Source: Marsupella aquatica
Lineage: Eukaryota; Plantae; Marchantiophyta
Direction: 5' to 3'
DNA length: 64,000 bases
Assembly (NCBI GenBank): GCA_973895155.1
Contig: OZ316898.1
Location: 13,295,659 to 13,359,658 of the forward strand
Shown: positions 52,244-62,331 of the stretch, piece by piece
Position numbering within the stretch: position 1 is the stretch's first letter
Layout of the letters: each line of letters begins with the position of its first letter
Notes under the pieces: model-generated
The model's input: the letters and a program-made list of their open reading frames with translations, nothing else
Database searches by the model: none
Told to the model about the DNA's origin: nothing
Position numbers and translations under genes: made by a program

Positions 52244-52949
52244 ATTATCTTGACCCTACACTGAACAGTTACGATGTGAGTTGTAGATATACATATTCTT
52301 ACTCGAAAAAAGAGTGAAGCTATGCGTACTATCCATTTGAGTCTAGATGCTGTTGATCCTCTTTTACTTGTAGATATGTTCTCAGAAAAAGGTTATTTGG
52401 GTCTCGACCCTATACAAAGGGAATAGCTAGAGATATAGATTCAACAACAGGTCAAAATTATGTGGACCCTATATTTGGGTCGAGATCATCTCGACATAGA
52501 TTTTTACATAGTAATTGATATACATTCAACAACCGGTCAAAACCATCTAGAGCCTGCATTGGGGCAGATGTGGTCTCGACCCTATAAAAATAGGTTTTTT
52601 ACTTTTATAATACATCACCGGTTTACCTTCCGTGTTTGTGTAACTTGGTTATCACGGGTCATTTGAATTTATTATATTGTCTTATTCTATGTTTCATTGT
52701 TTATATTGTATATAATAAGAATAATTTATTGTCTTTTAATTAATAAGTATTAATAATTGATAACTGAATTATTTAATTAATAATTTGGGCATTAGAATTG
52801 TAATTTTAGACCTCAAAAAGTGTATATTTGGCCACTAAAATGTATGCTTTTGGGGAACAAGTTATAGAACTTTTGGGTGTAAAATAAGAAATTTGAAGGT
52901 CAACTTCTGGACTAGAGAAATTCCAGTTTTAATGAATAGGGTGATAAGG

Positions 52950-54786
52950 GAAGTGCATTTGCCAAATGCACATTTTGCACTGAGTTCAAAGATCAATTGA
53001 TGCGAGAGAAGAGAAAAAAAAAGCGTGCAGAGATTGAAGAGACGAGAGCGCGACATCTTCGTGAACAAATGTCAAGAAAATATGTTTACTATGCTCATAG
53101 GGTTCTTGCAAAGAAGGATCCTCAAAACTATCTTTGCATTATTCACGATAAGATGGATCAAGCAAAGACTTGGATCCCCAGGTTGGTCCCCACTCCAAAA
53201 TCCCTCTCCAGTAGTGGTCAGCCTCTGGCTATTGCTCTTATTGGGATGTTAACCCATGGAAGAGATCCCGGAGTGTATGCATATTTCAATTTGACTGGAC
53301 TTTGGCCTGGAGATGCAGACTTTACTGTGACATCTTTGGCCAAATGCCTTCGAGATTTGGAAGATTACACAGGAGACAAAATTGGAGACCTTCTTGAAGG
53401 ATTGAATTGGAATGCAACTAGGCGAGCAACTAGGCCAATATTTCAGTCCCTTCTAGACTTTGAAGCATTTTTGGTCGGTTACTTGGAACCCAAAAATGTT
53501 TCAATTGTTCGATTTCAAGGCATTGAAGATGGTCAGGAGACTCAAAAATCAAGCACAGTGGATGTTGGTTCTAGGGATGATCCTGAGACTACCAAGGGCT
53601 CTTTCAAGCCCTTACCAAGGCACCTAACATTGTAGATGGACAATTCAGGGAAAGATAACAAAAATCAGTATGTGATGGCATTTTGTAGTGAGCTTGTTAG
53701 TAGGGGTGTTTGAAACTGTGCAAATGCCAGGTGAAAGAGATAGAAGGTCACTCAAAACCAGTGACATTTCTTTTCTCCATGAGGGATAATGTGCCAGTGT
53801 ATCAATATAAAGCACATGTCAAGCAACCTTGGCTTCCAACAATGGGGAGGCCCATTTGGAGAACTCATCCCATCACGAATGCACTCATTTTACCGGAAGG
53901 CCAACCATTTGCAAAACCTATATCTGGGGATGTACAAAAGAAAGCCGGAGAAATCATCCCATTCCTTAATTGCTATATTGATTTCTTGAAGAAAAGTTGT
54001 AAGGATGAGACCTCTGTAGCATATTGAGAGAGATTTCCTTTGGTCAAATATTGGGAGAATCTTGTGCAAGCACTGTCCGAGGAACTTACAATAGAAGGGG
54101 AGGGGGAAAGACAATTGTCATTGACAACTGATTTTTGGCCAAAGACTAACCATGGCACAGGTTACAAGATGATTTTGGGGACATCTCAACCGTCAAGTGA
54201 ACCCTCTCAAAATCCAGAGATGATGGACCTTCAAAATGAGTACATGGAAGAGATGGAAGATCGAGCTGCACCCTTTGTTGGTGCACGACAAGAGCGAGAA
54301 CTTGCACGTTGGATTCCCTTACAAGATATTCAAGAAGGTCACTTTGTATTTTTACGTCCAGAGGATGAATGGGAACAGGAAAATGGCAAAGGGCGTTTCT
54401 GGTTGGTTCGAGCTTTGGGTGGTGTGGATCCAAACCATGAGGTTCACTCAACAGATTTGAAATATATTGAAGGGTCTTCTTCAATGTCAGTTGAAAGCAT
54501 CCCTAAGAGGAATGCTCCTATGTTCCAAGTACAATGGTGGAGGCCTAAACATGGTAAGCATGATGCAAAAAATGATGTTCGATATGAACGTTGCTTTCAA
54601 ACCACTAAGATTTGGGAGCTGGATCCTGGGTTTGACAATGTTGCTCAAAGTTGGCAGTTTGCAAATTCTGCAATGTATGGGTTTAAGTCAGGTGCTAAAG
54701 AACATAATATTATGGATAGAGGTTTGACAATTCCCAAGAATGTTTTAAAAAGTCTCAAAATTTACATGGAAGGTATTGATGAGTAG
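52950..54786 (+). pseudogene. C-terminal half of the outer DUF7869 transposase, with stops and an internal deletion removing GHTHED
   Basis: ORFs 52997, 53710 and 54040 are closely similar to the inner transposase. VFETVQM is joined directly to QVKEIEGH. Confidence 0.9.
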
Positions 54787-55350
54787 ATTGATAGAGTAGG
54801 TCACAAGTCTCCACTCAATGTCTTGTGATTAAGAGGGTAAGTAGAGTTGATTCCCATGCATTTGTCTAAGGTGAGAGAACAAGACAATCAAATTAGTACT
54901 CTATGATCATTCTCTCAAAGTTATTGAATGGACTTTCTTATAATTATTATTTTATTTGTCTTAGTACATTTTAATTCTAGAAAATGATGCCATATATCAC
55001 TCCTTCTAGTAGGTTGGATATCATTCTAGTTAACTTTGTCTAGATAGTATAGTCATTCCATTGCATTGTTGTTTAGTTAGATATCTTACCCAAGCTAAAT
55101 GTTTTGAAGATAGATGATATCCAAGTTTATATGTTATTATTAGATTCTATCTATTTTCCAACCAAATGAACACTTTTATCACCCAAATGTTTTTAATATC
55201 ATCCAATTTAATATTTTATTTTCTCAAATTTTCAATTTTTGATACAAAAATTTACATTTAATGATGCTTGAATTTTCATTTTTCATTTTCCAAATTTACA
55301 ATTTTCATGCCTAAAAATATGTTTTTAAATCTTCAAATTTCCCTATATCC

Positions 55351-55785
55351 GGGGTAGCGAGGATCATCAGTTATCAGTTTTTCTGCTGAATTTTTTTTGA
55401 ATGTCAGCTGAGCAACTGAGATGACAACTTTGCACTTCCACGCATCTCAGCTAGGCGGCTGAGATTGACTCAATCTCAACTGACCTCGGCGAGATCAGCG
55501 TGCGGACAAAAAAATGGAAAAAAATAATTAAAAAAATAATTTCTTGAAAATTTCAAAACAAAAAAATAATTTGAAATTTTTTTTTGCCGAAATTTGGTAT
55601 CCGTATCATACGGACATCTGGTCATCTCGGCTGACCCCGCCGAGAGGTGATGTCCGTACGGTACGGACCCCATAGTGAAAAAAATTCCAAAAAAGAACGG
55701 TACGGACCCCATCTGAGATGATGTGGCGACTGATATTAGGTCAACTGATGGAAATGATTGATAACTGATGATGTAACTTTACTCC
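55351..55785. mobile_element. MITE family M1 in the outer transposon's subterminal region
   Basis: Perfect 14-bp IR ATCATCAGTTATCA (55363-55376, 55759-55772). TSD CTATATCC/TTATATCC. Absent from the equivalent region of the inner element. Confidence 0.8.
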
Positions 55786-57266
55786 TTATATCCTTTATAA
55801 TTCTAGTTTTAATGAATAGAGTGATTGTATTGCCTTGATCATTGGGGTGGAGGGGTACCAAGTGCTCAAACAATGTTTATTATAGTTGGTTCACAATGTG
55901 AAATATTATTCCTGGATTATACATAATTATAGTACTCATGAAACTAGAAGTTCAAAGGCACTTTTGCAAACACTGAGAGGAGAGTGCAGGCTTATCTTTA
56001 TACTATAGGAAGAACTATAATTCTTTGGTACTAATTTTGTTTATCTATATAAAATATGTACCCTAAACATGTACACCGGGCGTAACATACAGGTCCCCTA
56101 TGTCTATTACAGTATGATATTTGCAATTTTGAAAATTCAAGGACCGTGTTTTTAATTCCTTGAAAAACTCTGTTTAATTTACAAAAGGATGATATTTAAT
56201 AGGAAAAATTAATATTTTTACATTAACAAGGGATTTTTTTTTGTGAGCAAAAATATTAAGAAGGGGTACACGAGGGGTGTCTGTTCTCAAGGGTGTTCAC
56301 TTAATATAGTAAGAGTGAGGGCTCAGGGATGTTATTACAAATAACAGCAAAATCTTTGGTGGCCAAGTTTCTATTATTCCTCTTCACCCTCTCCAGGCCA
56401 AGTGGCAAGTATGACATCTTTTACGGATCGGGTAGCCCGGTGTGTCTACTAGTCGATCCACAAATTGAGGCCAAGTGTCACAACTAGATTTTGTTGCGTC
56501 GGATGCTAACAATACCTCCTCATAATTGTCGTTAATATAATTAACGACTGCCATGACTACGTTTATAACTATGTCCGACGTAACTAAGATGTCGGAGAAA
56601 TCTTAGCGCCGATTGCCCCCATTTTAACGTTGCTGGAAACACGTTTAAAATTAACGTCTCTGGATGAGCTGTCCTAAATGTCATTTTGGTCGTCGTTCAA
56701 TATTACCGTTGTAGTCGAGGACGTTATGTGTTTAGGGTATCACGACGTCAATTTTTACGTCGTGGAGGGAGCCGTTAAAGTGGTAACGTTGCTCTGTAGG
56801 ACGTTCCAAATGAATCAAGCCATGTTAGACGTTGAGTACATTGGTGTGGACGACTTGAATGAGGAGTAGTCCATGATGACTCGAGTATAGCTTGGGTTTT
56901 CTATGGGAGGATTTTGGTTTAAGAGTGCTGAGACCAAAGTAGGCTTGCGTTTGTGATTTTTGGAGAATGCACTCTTCCTGAGTACAGAGAAATTGCAGCG
57001 TGGGATCTAGACTCAGTGTTCAGTCATGGTGCGCAAGTTCTTCAAGGATGTGCATTGTTGCTTCCTTCCACTTGGTGAAGAGGACAAGACTATATGTGGG
57101 TTCTTTTGTTGGGGAGGTGTTATTGAGAAGTTGTGTACCTCAGAAATAGACTACTTGCTGGCCTATACGTGGAAAGAAGTTGTTGAGCACTTCAGTGACT
57201 ACCATGGATTGATCGAGCACTTTGCAGAGACAATTCATTTCATTTCTATCCGTTGGGTAGAGTGCT

Positions 57267-60200
57267 TGCCACATCGTCAGCCTAGGCCTTAACCCGGGCT
57301 TCGGCTTAGACAGGCACATCCTTCGTCAAAATGAGGGTTCGGGCAGGGAGGGATGCACAGAATGCACCTAACTCACATAAACTAGCGCTAAGTGTGCCTA
57401 TTGTCATATACGGAGACCTCCTAGGTATGGTTTGTGTTCCACCGCCGGAACGTACCTTAGTCGATAGCAGGATCGACCCCGGCTTACGGGCTTCTAAGCC
57501 TTCGTGTTGTCTGCCTTCGATCCGGATTTGATGATATAGGTACTCAACCCTGGCTCGCAACCACTACCCGCAAGCTGCACCCCGTGCCCGACTTGGGTAG
57601 TGCGTTCGGCCAAGCGTTGGTACCTATACACAAGATTCACACATACATACACACACAAGCATACAATCTCGGTTTACACAAAGGAAATAATGGGGAAGGA
57701 TTTTACTACATAGGAGACATATGCGTACACTTAGTTGACCCGAAAGCTCCGGAATGAACAGGTCCAAGGCCGAGGGTGTACACTACAATGGAGCCCGACT
57801 CCGCACTCGCCTAGCGAGCTTAGTCCCACACCCTCCCCTTGGTACTCTTTCACTCCCAGAGGTCGGGACTCCCCGCACATACCGTGGATGTCCAACACTG
57901 AGACTAAAAACCCCCCCCTTGCCTCTACCGAGGGGTGCACTAAATACTAAGGGCTAAGGAACGGAGTGCCCTCACGCCCAAAGATTCGCTAACTAAGGTC
58001 CTAACTAAGTTGGCTGTCAGGCCGGAAAACGGCTTGTTTTATTAGAAGATCCTAATCTACGCCGATTGTATAGCATGGCAGTGTTGTTCTAACTAGGGCA
58101 GGTGCTGTCCCTATAGCCTAATTGAGCTATTCCTAACTCTACTCTAATCCTACTCTACCGCTAATGTCTGGCACGCTTGCCAGAACCGCCTGAGTGGGAG
58201 CGGCTATCCCGCTACCTTCTGAGTCTATCGGCGTCCTGCTTGAGTAGCTGGACCTGGTCCAACAGAGATTTGTTTTCCCGCTTCGCCACGTCTGCCTCTT
58301 CCGCGGCCTCCTGGCATGTCTCCTCCAGTTGCTGGGTGTCGCTCGTCAGCTTGTCCACCAACTGGGCCTGTTTAGTGGCTTCTCCTTGAACCCGTGCCAT
58401 CTTTGCCTTCAGGGCATCAATCTTGGCTATGTCCCGTTGAGACCTGGAATCAGCTTCCTCCAGATCTTTTTGCCAACTGACGGCTTGCCCCTGCAAATTG
58501 TCAATCTTGGTTCGGAGCCGCGCAATCTTGGTGTCCTTTCCGAGCTTGGCCTGTACTGCCAACGCTGCTTGGCCTCTAGCCTCGGTGACCTGGTCCTCCG
58601 TGGCCGTTACCTGAGGCCGAAGTTGTTGGAGTTCAGCCTCCAAGGTTGCCACTTTGTCCTTCAAGTAGGCAGACTCAACCCGATATCGCTCTATTCTCTA
58701 CGCAGTCTCTGCCTGCGCATGTCCTGCCCTTACTGCCGCAACCAACTCCTGGTTGAAGAAGTAGGCCACCCTCTGGGCCATATATTCCCCGGTGTCCCGA
58801 GAGATCTATTGCGAGAAATCTCCTAACAACCCGTTCAGAAAAGTGCCTGATGCAAAGAGTTCCGGATGGTCTAGACTATGTCCCTTTGGATTCGGGCACA
58901 GACAGACTCCAACCCGCGCAGGAGTAGGAGTGGACACATCCAACCCTTGAGGTAAGTCGGTCGAAGGGGCTGGTTCTACTAGAGGTGGGTGGTTCTCCTG
59001 CTCCACCGCGGAGGGTGGTGAAATCTCCCCGACCACCGTGTTATCTGCTTCGGGTACGGCTTCATTCGGCCTGGCTTCAATGGCATTGTCCTAATTGATC
59101 GCATCTAAGGTCGCGATGACATCGATGGGTATGCCTAGCGGGGCGGCAGCGGTCGATTGTAGGGCCGGGGTAGCAGGACTTGCAGCTGCCAGACTTTGGG
59201 CCTCGGGCTGCGGTTGCCTTACCTGGGCTGGGAACACCCATTTTGGTGAGGTCAGCTCGGTCTCATTGAGACGCGGGAGGCTTCGGCGGTCAAAACGAGT
59301 GTACCACTCGAGGATGATTTTGACGTGGCTAGCGAAGTATGCCCGCCCACCAAGGTACAAAGTCTTCCTTCTCCGCTCCATCTCCTCGTGGAACTTCTTG
59401 ACGAAGGATGCCCACTTCCTGGGCCGATAGTTCTCCACCTGGATAACCTGAGCGGCCGATATTTCCCCTCTCGGTTCCATCATGTGGAGGGCATACCGCT
59501 GAAACTCTAGGCATTCTGCTACCTCCAGGATGAGGCACATCCTCATTAAGAACCCATTGTCCACTACCCCTTCGGCAGGGAAGCTAGATGATTGGTATTT
59601 AGCTCCCTTGCCCCCAGGAACCCGCATCTCTACCCGGTTTATTCCCTCGGGTAGGCCGAAAATCATCTTTAGACGTGCCTCATCGAGACACATCACTCTT
59701 CCGTGCGCTCGGGTTTGTTGACGGGCCTCGTCAAAGTTTTGAATGAACTCCGCCATATCCTGTCCATAATACCTGCTTCCGTTCCAAGGGAGAGAGGCAA
59801 GGTGCTCAAACCCCTGAGTCTTCAGATAGCATGCATGCTTGGGGTGGAGGATGTTCTTGTGAACGTTGTCCCCCATGCGATGCATGGTCAGCTTGGCTAA
59901 GGCAACCGTGGCCAAAGGCAACCCGGATACGGCTGCGGGCTCCTTCCTCTTCTTACCCCGAGGCTGATTCCCGGGGTGACTAGAAGAAGGGGACATCTCT
60001 CCATCCTCTCGGTCAGGTGGTGGTAGCGCGACTGCCATGAGTATTGGTGTCGGGGCCGCTAGCGTTACCGTGTTGTCCCCTCGGACTTGCTGGGGTGGTA
60101 CGGGGTTGTTCGCACCCCGCGGTCGTCAATTTAGAGGAGGGTGAGTCTCCTTGTCCTCGGAGCTGATATGTACCGCATTCACCACGGATTGTACTCGGAG

Positions 60201-61223
60201 AGGTGGTGGAACCGGTGGCGGGAACCGGCTTGGCTGAGGCCGAGGAGGTGCAGGTGCGGGTATGGGCACGGTTTGGCTGGCACTGGTCGTTGAGGGTAGA
60301 GTTGCCATGAAGTCTGCAAGTGCCGGTAGAGATTTTCTGACGAAAGTAAAGATGGTCTTGTCAACCAGGTAGTGTTGAATTTGCCATTGATGATAGCCCA
60401 GACCCGAGCGGGGATGTGGTTGAAGTGGTGCCATTGTAAGTCAATTATGCGCAGAATATTGAAGACCTCGTCTAGAAGCCGAAGCAGTGCCTCCCAGAAG
60501 CCGATGTATTTACCTCCGTCAAAGAAGTACCTTGATACCTCTTTGGGTTGATAAAGCTCGCTCTGGGACGGGTACTCAAAGTTAAGGAGATAGTGGTGGC
60601 GGCCTGCTAGGCGGATGGCTCTCTCGTATTTGCGTTCGATCTCATATCGGCGCGGATTGGCGTGTTTCAATGAGTCGGCCAAGTGCCCTCCGATAGACAA
60701 GAACTGAGTCTAGAATCGTATGGCCGAACTAGAAAGGATCGTGTGCGACATTAAGGGAAGATAGCAGGTGACTAAGGAAAAGCGAGAGAGCTGGGATCAA
60801 AGCTGGCGCATGGACTGGAGAGCTTGGTGCACTGCAAAGGATCGGCTCCCTTTTATACCCTGAGAGCTCGTCGATCGCCCGATGCCTCCTTGTCGATTAT
60901 AGGTCAAGCCTTTCACGCTCATAGTGTACCAGCCCTTCTCCAGTCCGGGTCAGCTCGTGTCAGTGGCCGCCTCTCGAAGTTTGTTATACGGACCCGAGAG
61001 AGGGGGAAAAAGGGCCCATTACACGCTCGCAACCTGGTCGTGCAAATGGCGACCCGCCGCCAGCCCGAACTGAATTCCCCTTATTGACTAATGATTTCCT
61101 ACTCATAATGCCTACCTAAATACTATCGTTATGCTAATAATAACGGCCTAAGATACCCCTAATGCGCGTGCTAAGTGCGGTTAGATTGAATTACTCATTA
61201 CCCGCCGTACCGGCGGCGTCACA
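57267..61223 (-). mobile_element. Family G coding solo-LTR-like element
   Basis: TG...CA termini with 5-bp TSD GTGCT (57262-57266, 61224-61228). Removal restores the flanking ORF. Confidence 0.85.
58212..60700 (-). pseudogene. Family G ORFs: upstream ORF (60179-60700), Transposase_32-like protein (59091-60038), coiled coil (58212-58664)
   Basis: LPW..MAEFIQNF..TRAHGRVMCL..IFGLPEG..FP..NGF..C..PRGEISAAQV aligns with family A LPW..LLEFVGSW..VFGLPIG..FP..NGFF..C..PRAEIGKAQV. Confidence 0.8.
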
Positions 61224-62169
61224 GTGCTCAATTCTGGCCAACAAACAGTTGGATCCAGGAGACTTCGTGTTGCATCCAGGTGATGATCAGATGTTGGATG
61301 AGGCGCCCAACCCAGATGATGGGGAGGCATATCCACCTACATTGCCCAAATGTGAGTTGTCTCCGACTGAGCTTCACATTGTCTTGTATGATTACAAGGA
61401 AAGTTGTGTAGCTGAGGTTGAGGCTGAAAGGCTAAAGGCTGGGGAAGAGGTCGTCCGGAAGAAATGGAACCAGAGGCAGAGGCGTGATTCTTACAAAAGA
61501 AGGAAGGCAGATGAGGAGTACTACTGGTCTGGTGAACTCCTTTAGTAGCAACAATCTGGATGTCAGTGGATGAGGCAGTTTAGTGATTCGGCTAGGTTAT
61601 AGTCGCTTTGTGGTGGACATGCAATGTGCTTTGTAGGACCTTTGTATCTCTATATCATACTGAATCTGAATAAAGACTCCCTCATGTTTTTCATTTTGAA
61701 TGCATGTGCCAATTAATGTCACCACTATCATTAACGTCGCGCGGATATAGTAATGTTGCAATACACAACGTCTTTGGTTTAATACGTACCCTAAAACGAC
61801 GTAAGTTAGTGTAACATCATTTTATGTGGAGAATCAACGTCGTGTGGAATAACGTAAACTGGGTCGTGGGTAAATTAACGTCATTGAGGGCTCAATAAAA
61901 CAATGTTAATTGGAATTAACGTCTGCCTGGTACGACTTAGTTTGAAGATACATTGGTCTATTGGACGTAATAGTCATACAACGACGTTACCCACAGATGC
62001 TACAAACCCACATGAAGGTGGCCATAACAAATATATACATGCACTGAATACATTTATGGTCATGGATCCATATCATCTACAATTACTGATGCCATCAAAC
62101 CCTTCCTCCGTCGTGGGAAGATGGAATGACGATGGACCATCCTTTCATAGTGTGCATCGGAACCATAAT

Positions 62170-62331
62170 TGTGGTGCGTCCCATGGCTTCCTAAACCCAA
62201 GAAACCCCCCAGCTCAAGCCGATTCCCGCAGGTTTCGTGCTTGGCGAGGCCGTTTCCGCAGCTTAGCGGCATGGGACGCTGCTAACCTTCTACTACTACT
62301 ATTAACATTTTACACACATATACTGGACAGA
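62170..62331 (-). mobile_element. Terminal about 160 bp of a family A LTR abutting Gypsy pol
   Basis: Reverse complement of 46265-46427. Confidence 0.9.

Larger units (their letters stand above)
37923..52495. repeat. Dispersed 17-bp palindrome CTCGAGATNATCTCGAG (about 19 copies)
   Basis: Copies start at about 37923, 38958, 39066, 39133, 39289, 39380, 40440, 40503, 40601, 40873, 41172, 41220, 46541, 48124, 48218, 49933, 51115, 52238 and 52479. Confidence 0.9.
34398..52945 (-). mobile_element. Giant cargo-carrying TIR DNA transposon (DUF7869/Sola-like)
   Basis: 25-bp TIRs ATCAGTCTATTCATTAAAACTGGAA and TTCCAGTTTTAATGAATAGGGTGAT (2 mismatches). 4-bp TSD AAGG at 34394-34397 and 52946-52949. Confidence 0.92.
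34298..55825 (+). mobile_element. Outer DUF7869/Sola-like transposon, 5'-truncated (own sequence 34298-34397 and 52946-55825)
   Basis: Transposase remnant KMELDGYSKVSE...FDFHK resumes as GSAFAKC after the inner element. Right TIR TTCTAGTTTTAATGAATAGAGTGAT at 55801-55825. Confidence 0.88.
56490..62010 (+). mobile_element. Possible TIR element with TAACGTC/GACGTTA subterminal repeats and a small ORF split by element G
   Basis: ACGTC-rich blocks at 56520-56830 and 61730-61990. ORF 57026 (..RWVEC) joins ORF 61162 (SILANKQ..) in frame across G. Termini are uncertain. Confidence 0.4.

Noticed and set aside
37923-52495. 17-bp palindromes as CRISPR repeats
   Set aside because: Spacing is irregular (60 bp to several kb) and copies fall in exons and introns.
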